Below, piece after piece: positions 5,434 to 5,694 of a stretch of 5,694 nt of DNA. The notes below the pieces were generated by a model. It searched no databases. It worked only from the letters and a program-made list of their open reading frames with translations, and had not been told where the DNA came from. Every line of letters starts with the position of its first letter. Positions within the stretch are counted from its first letter, which is position 1. The stretch comes from a virus. The stretch is from IMG/VR virus record IMGVR_UViG_3300005309_000014; one strand, written 5' to 3'. The position numbers and the translations under genes are program-made.

Positions 5434-5694
5434 TTTTATTTTTTTTTGTTCCTTACCACTTGTTGCTCTGTCCTCCCCCCCACTTAATTCCGTTCCTTCG
5501 GTTAGATGTTTTTTTGTCAGGCGTAGCTGACAGGCCACTTTGTGTGTCGGGTTTTTCTTTTAGTCTTTCCTGGTATAGCATTTCCCTTCTTTCTTTTTCG
5601 TATTGTTTTCTGCTCCAATTTCTTTTATTGTCTCCGTAACCCAGTCTTTTGTTTTTTAATCTTGCAAAGTTTAATGCTTCGTAGTATTCTGTCT
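5412..5694. repeat. Terminal redundancy, copy 2 (identical to 1..283)
   Basis: Same comparison as copy 1. This copy holds a duplicate of the rep 3' region. The +1-frame stop at 42..44 corresponds to 5453..5455, and the zero-frame stop at 214..216 corresponds to 5625..5627. Confidence 0.95.
5453..5694 (-). CDS. Partial duplicate of the rep 3' region, created by the wrap-around; not an independent gene
   Basis: Identical to 42..283. The frame runs off the right edge of the window. Confidence 0.7.
   Translation of the reverse strand, partial: TEYYEALNFARLKNKRLGYGDNKRNWSRKQYEKERREMLYQERLKEKPDTQSGLSATPDKKTSNRRNGIKWGGGQSNKW

Noticed and set aside
482-5639. All plus-strand ORFs in the track: 482..751, 965..1195, 1416..1610, 1659..1976, 1663..1938, 1978..2163, 2025..2306, 2120..2356, 2398..2742, 3010..3243, 3231..3422, 3595..3858, 4591..4827, 4842..5036, 5316..5639 and 5339..5530.
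   Set aside because: Each lies antisense to a well-supported minus-strand gene. Their products are F/L/S/C/V-rich with no motifs, as expected when a T-rich strand is translated. Stops are rare on this strand simply because A is scarce. Several also overlap each other in different frames.
1-5694. A search for tRNA, rRNA, CRISPR repeats, an integrase or transposase, toxin-antitoxin genes or defence genes.
   Set aside because: I saw no cloverleaf-like GC-rich segments and no regularly spaced direct repeats. The only repeats are the terminal redundancy and one hexamer triplet. No ORF has recombinase or nuclease motifs other than the HUH Rep. The coding capacity is fully taken by the microvirus gene set.

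Overview
This window is a complete, circularly permuted genome of a small ssDNA phage of the family Microviridae. It is a non-phiX type; from memory it looks Gokushovirinae/Alpavirinae-like, which needs a database check. The sequence is given as the complement of the coding strand. Bases 1..283 recur exactly at 5412..5694, so the unique circle is 5,411 nt. All credible genes lie on the minus strand and are packed with 1-3 nt junctions. In transcription order (descending coordinates) they are: three small orphan ORFs (5395->5177, 5147->4938, 4978->4724), major capsid protein VP1 (4720->2720, 666 aa), a 109-aa VP3-like protein (2717->2388), a 77-nt spacer with two overlapping hairpins, a 44-aa single-pass membrane ORF absent from the ORF track (2310->2176), the VP2 pilot/minor capsid protein (2173->1157) and the HUH rolling-circle Rep VP4 (1155->). 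The main anomaly is in Rep. The catalytic N-terminal half is in one frame and the conserved C-terminal half (PGIGKRY...LPIYYRNKIY...LGYGD) is in the +1 frame. The switch is confined to 7 nt and sits on the heptamer CCC AGG C, which resembles known +1 frameshift sites, so this is either a programmed frameshift or a 1-nt indel. The only sizeable non-coding stretch outside the spacer (5396..5452) carries a full match to the Bacteroides promoter consensus, and Shine-Dalgarno sequences are absent, pointing to a Bacteroidota host. I saw no tRNA, rRNA, CRISPR array, integrase or defence-type gene. All plus-strand ORFs in the track look like antisense artefacts of a T-rich strand.
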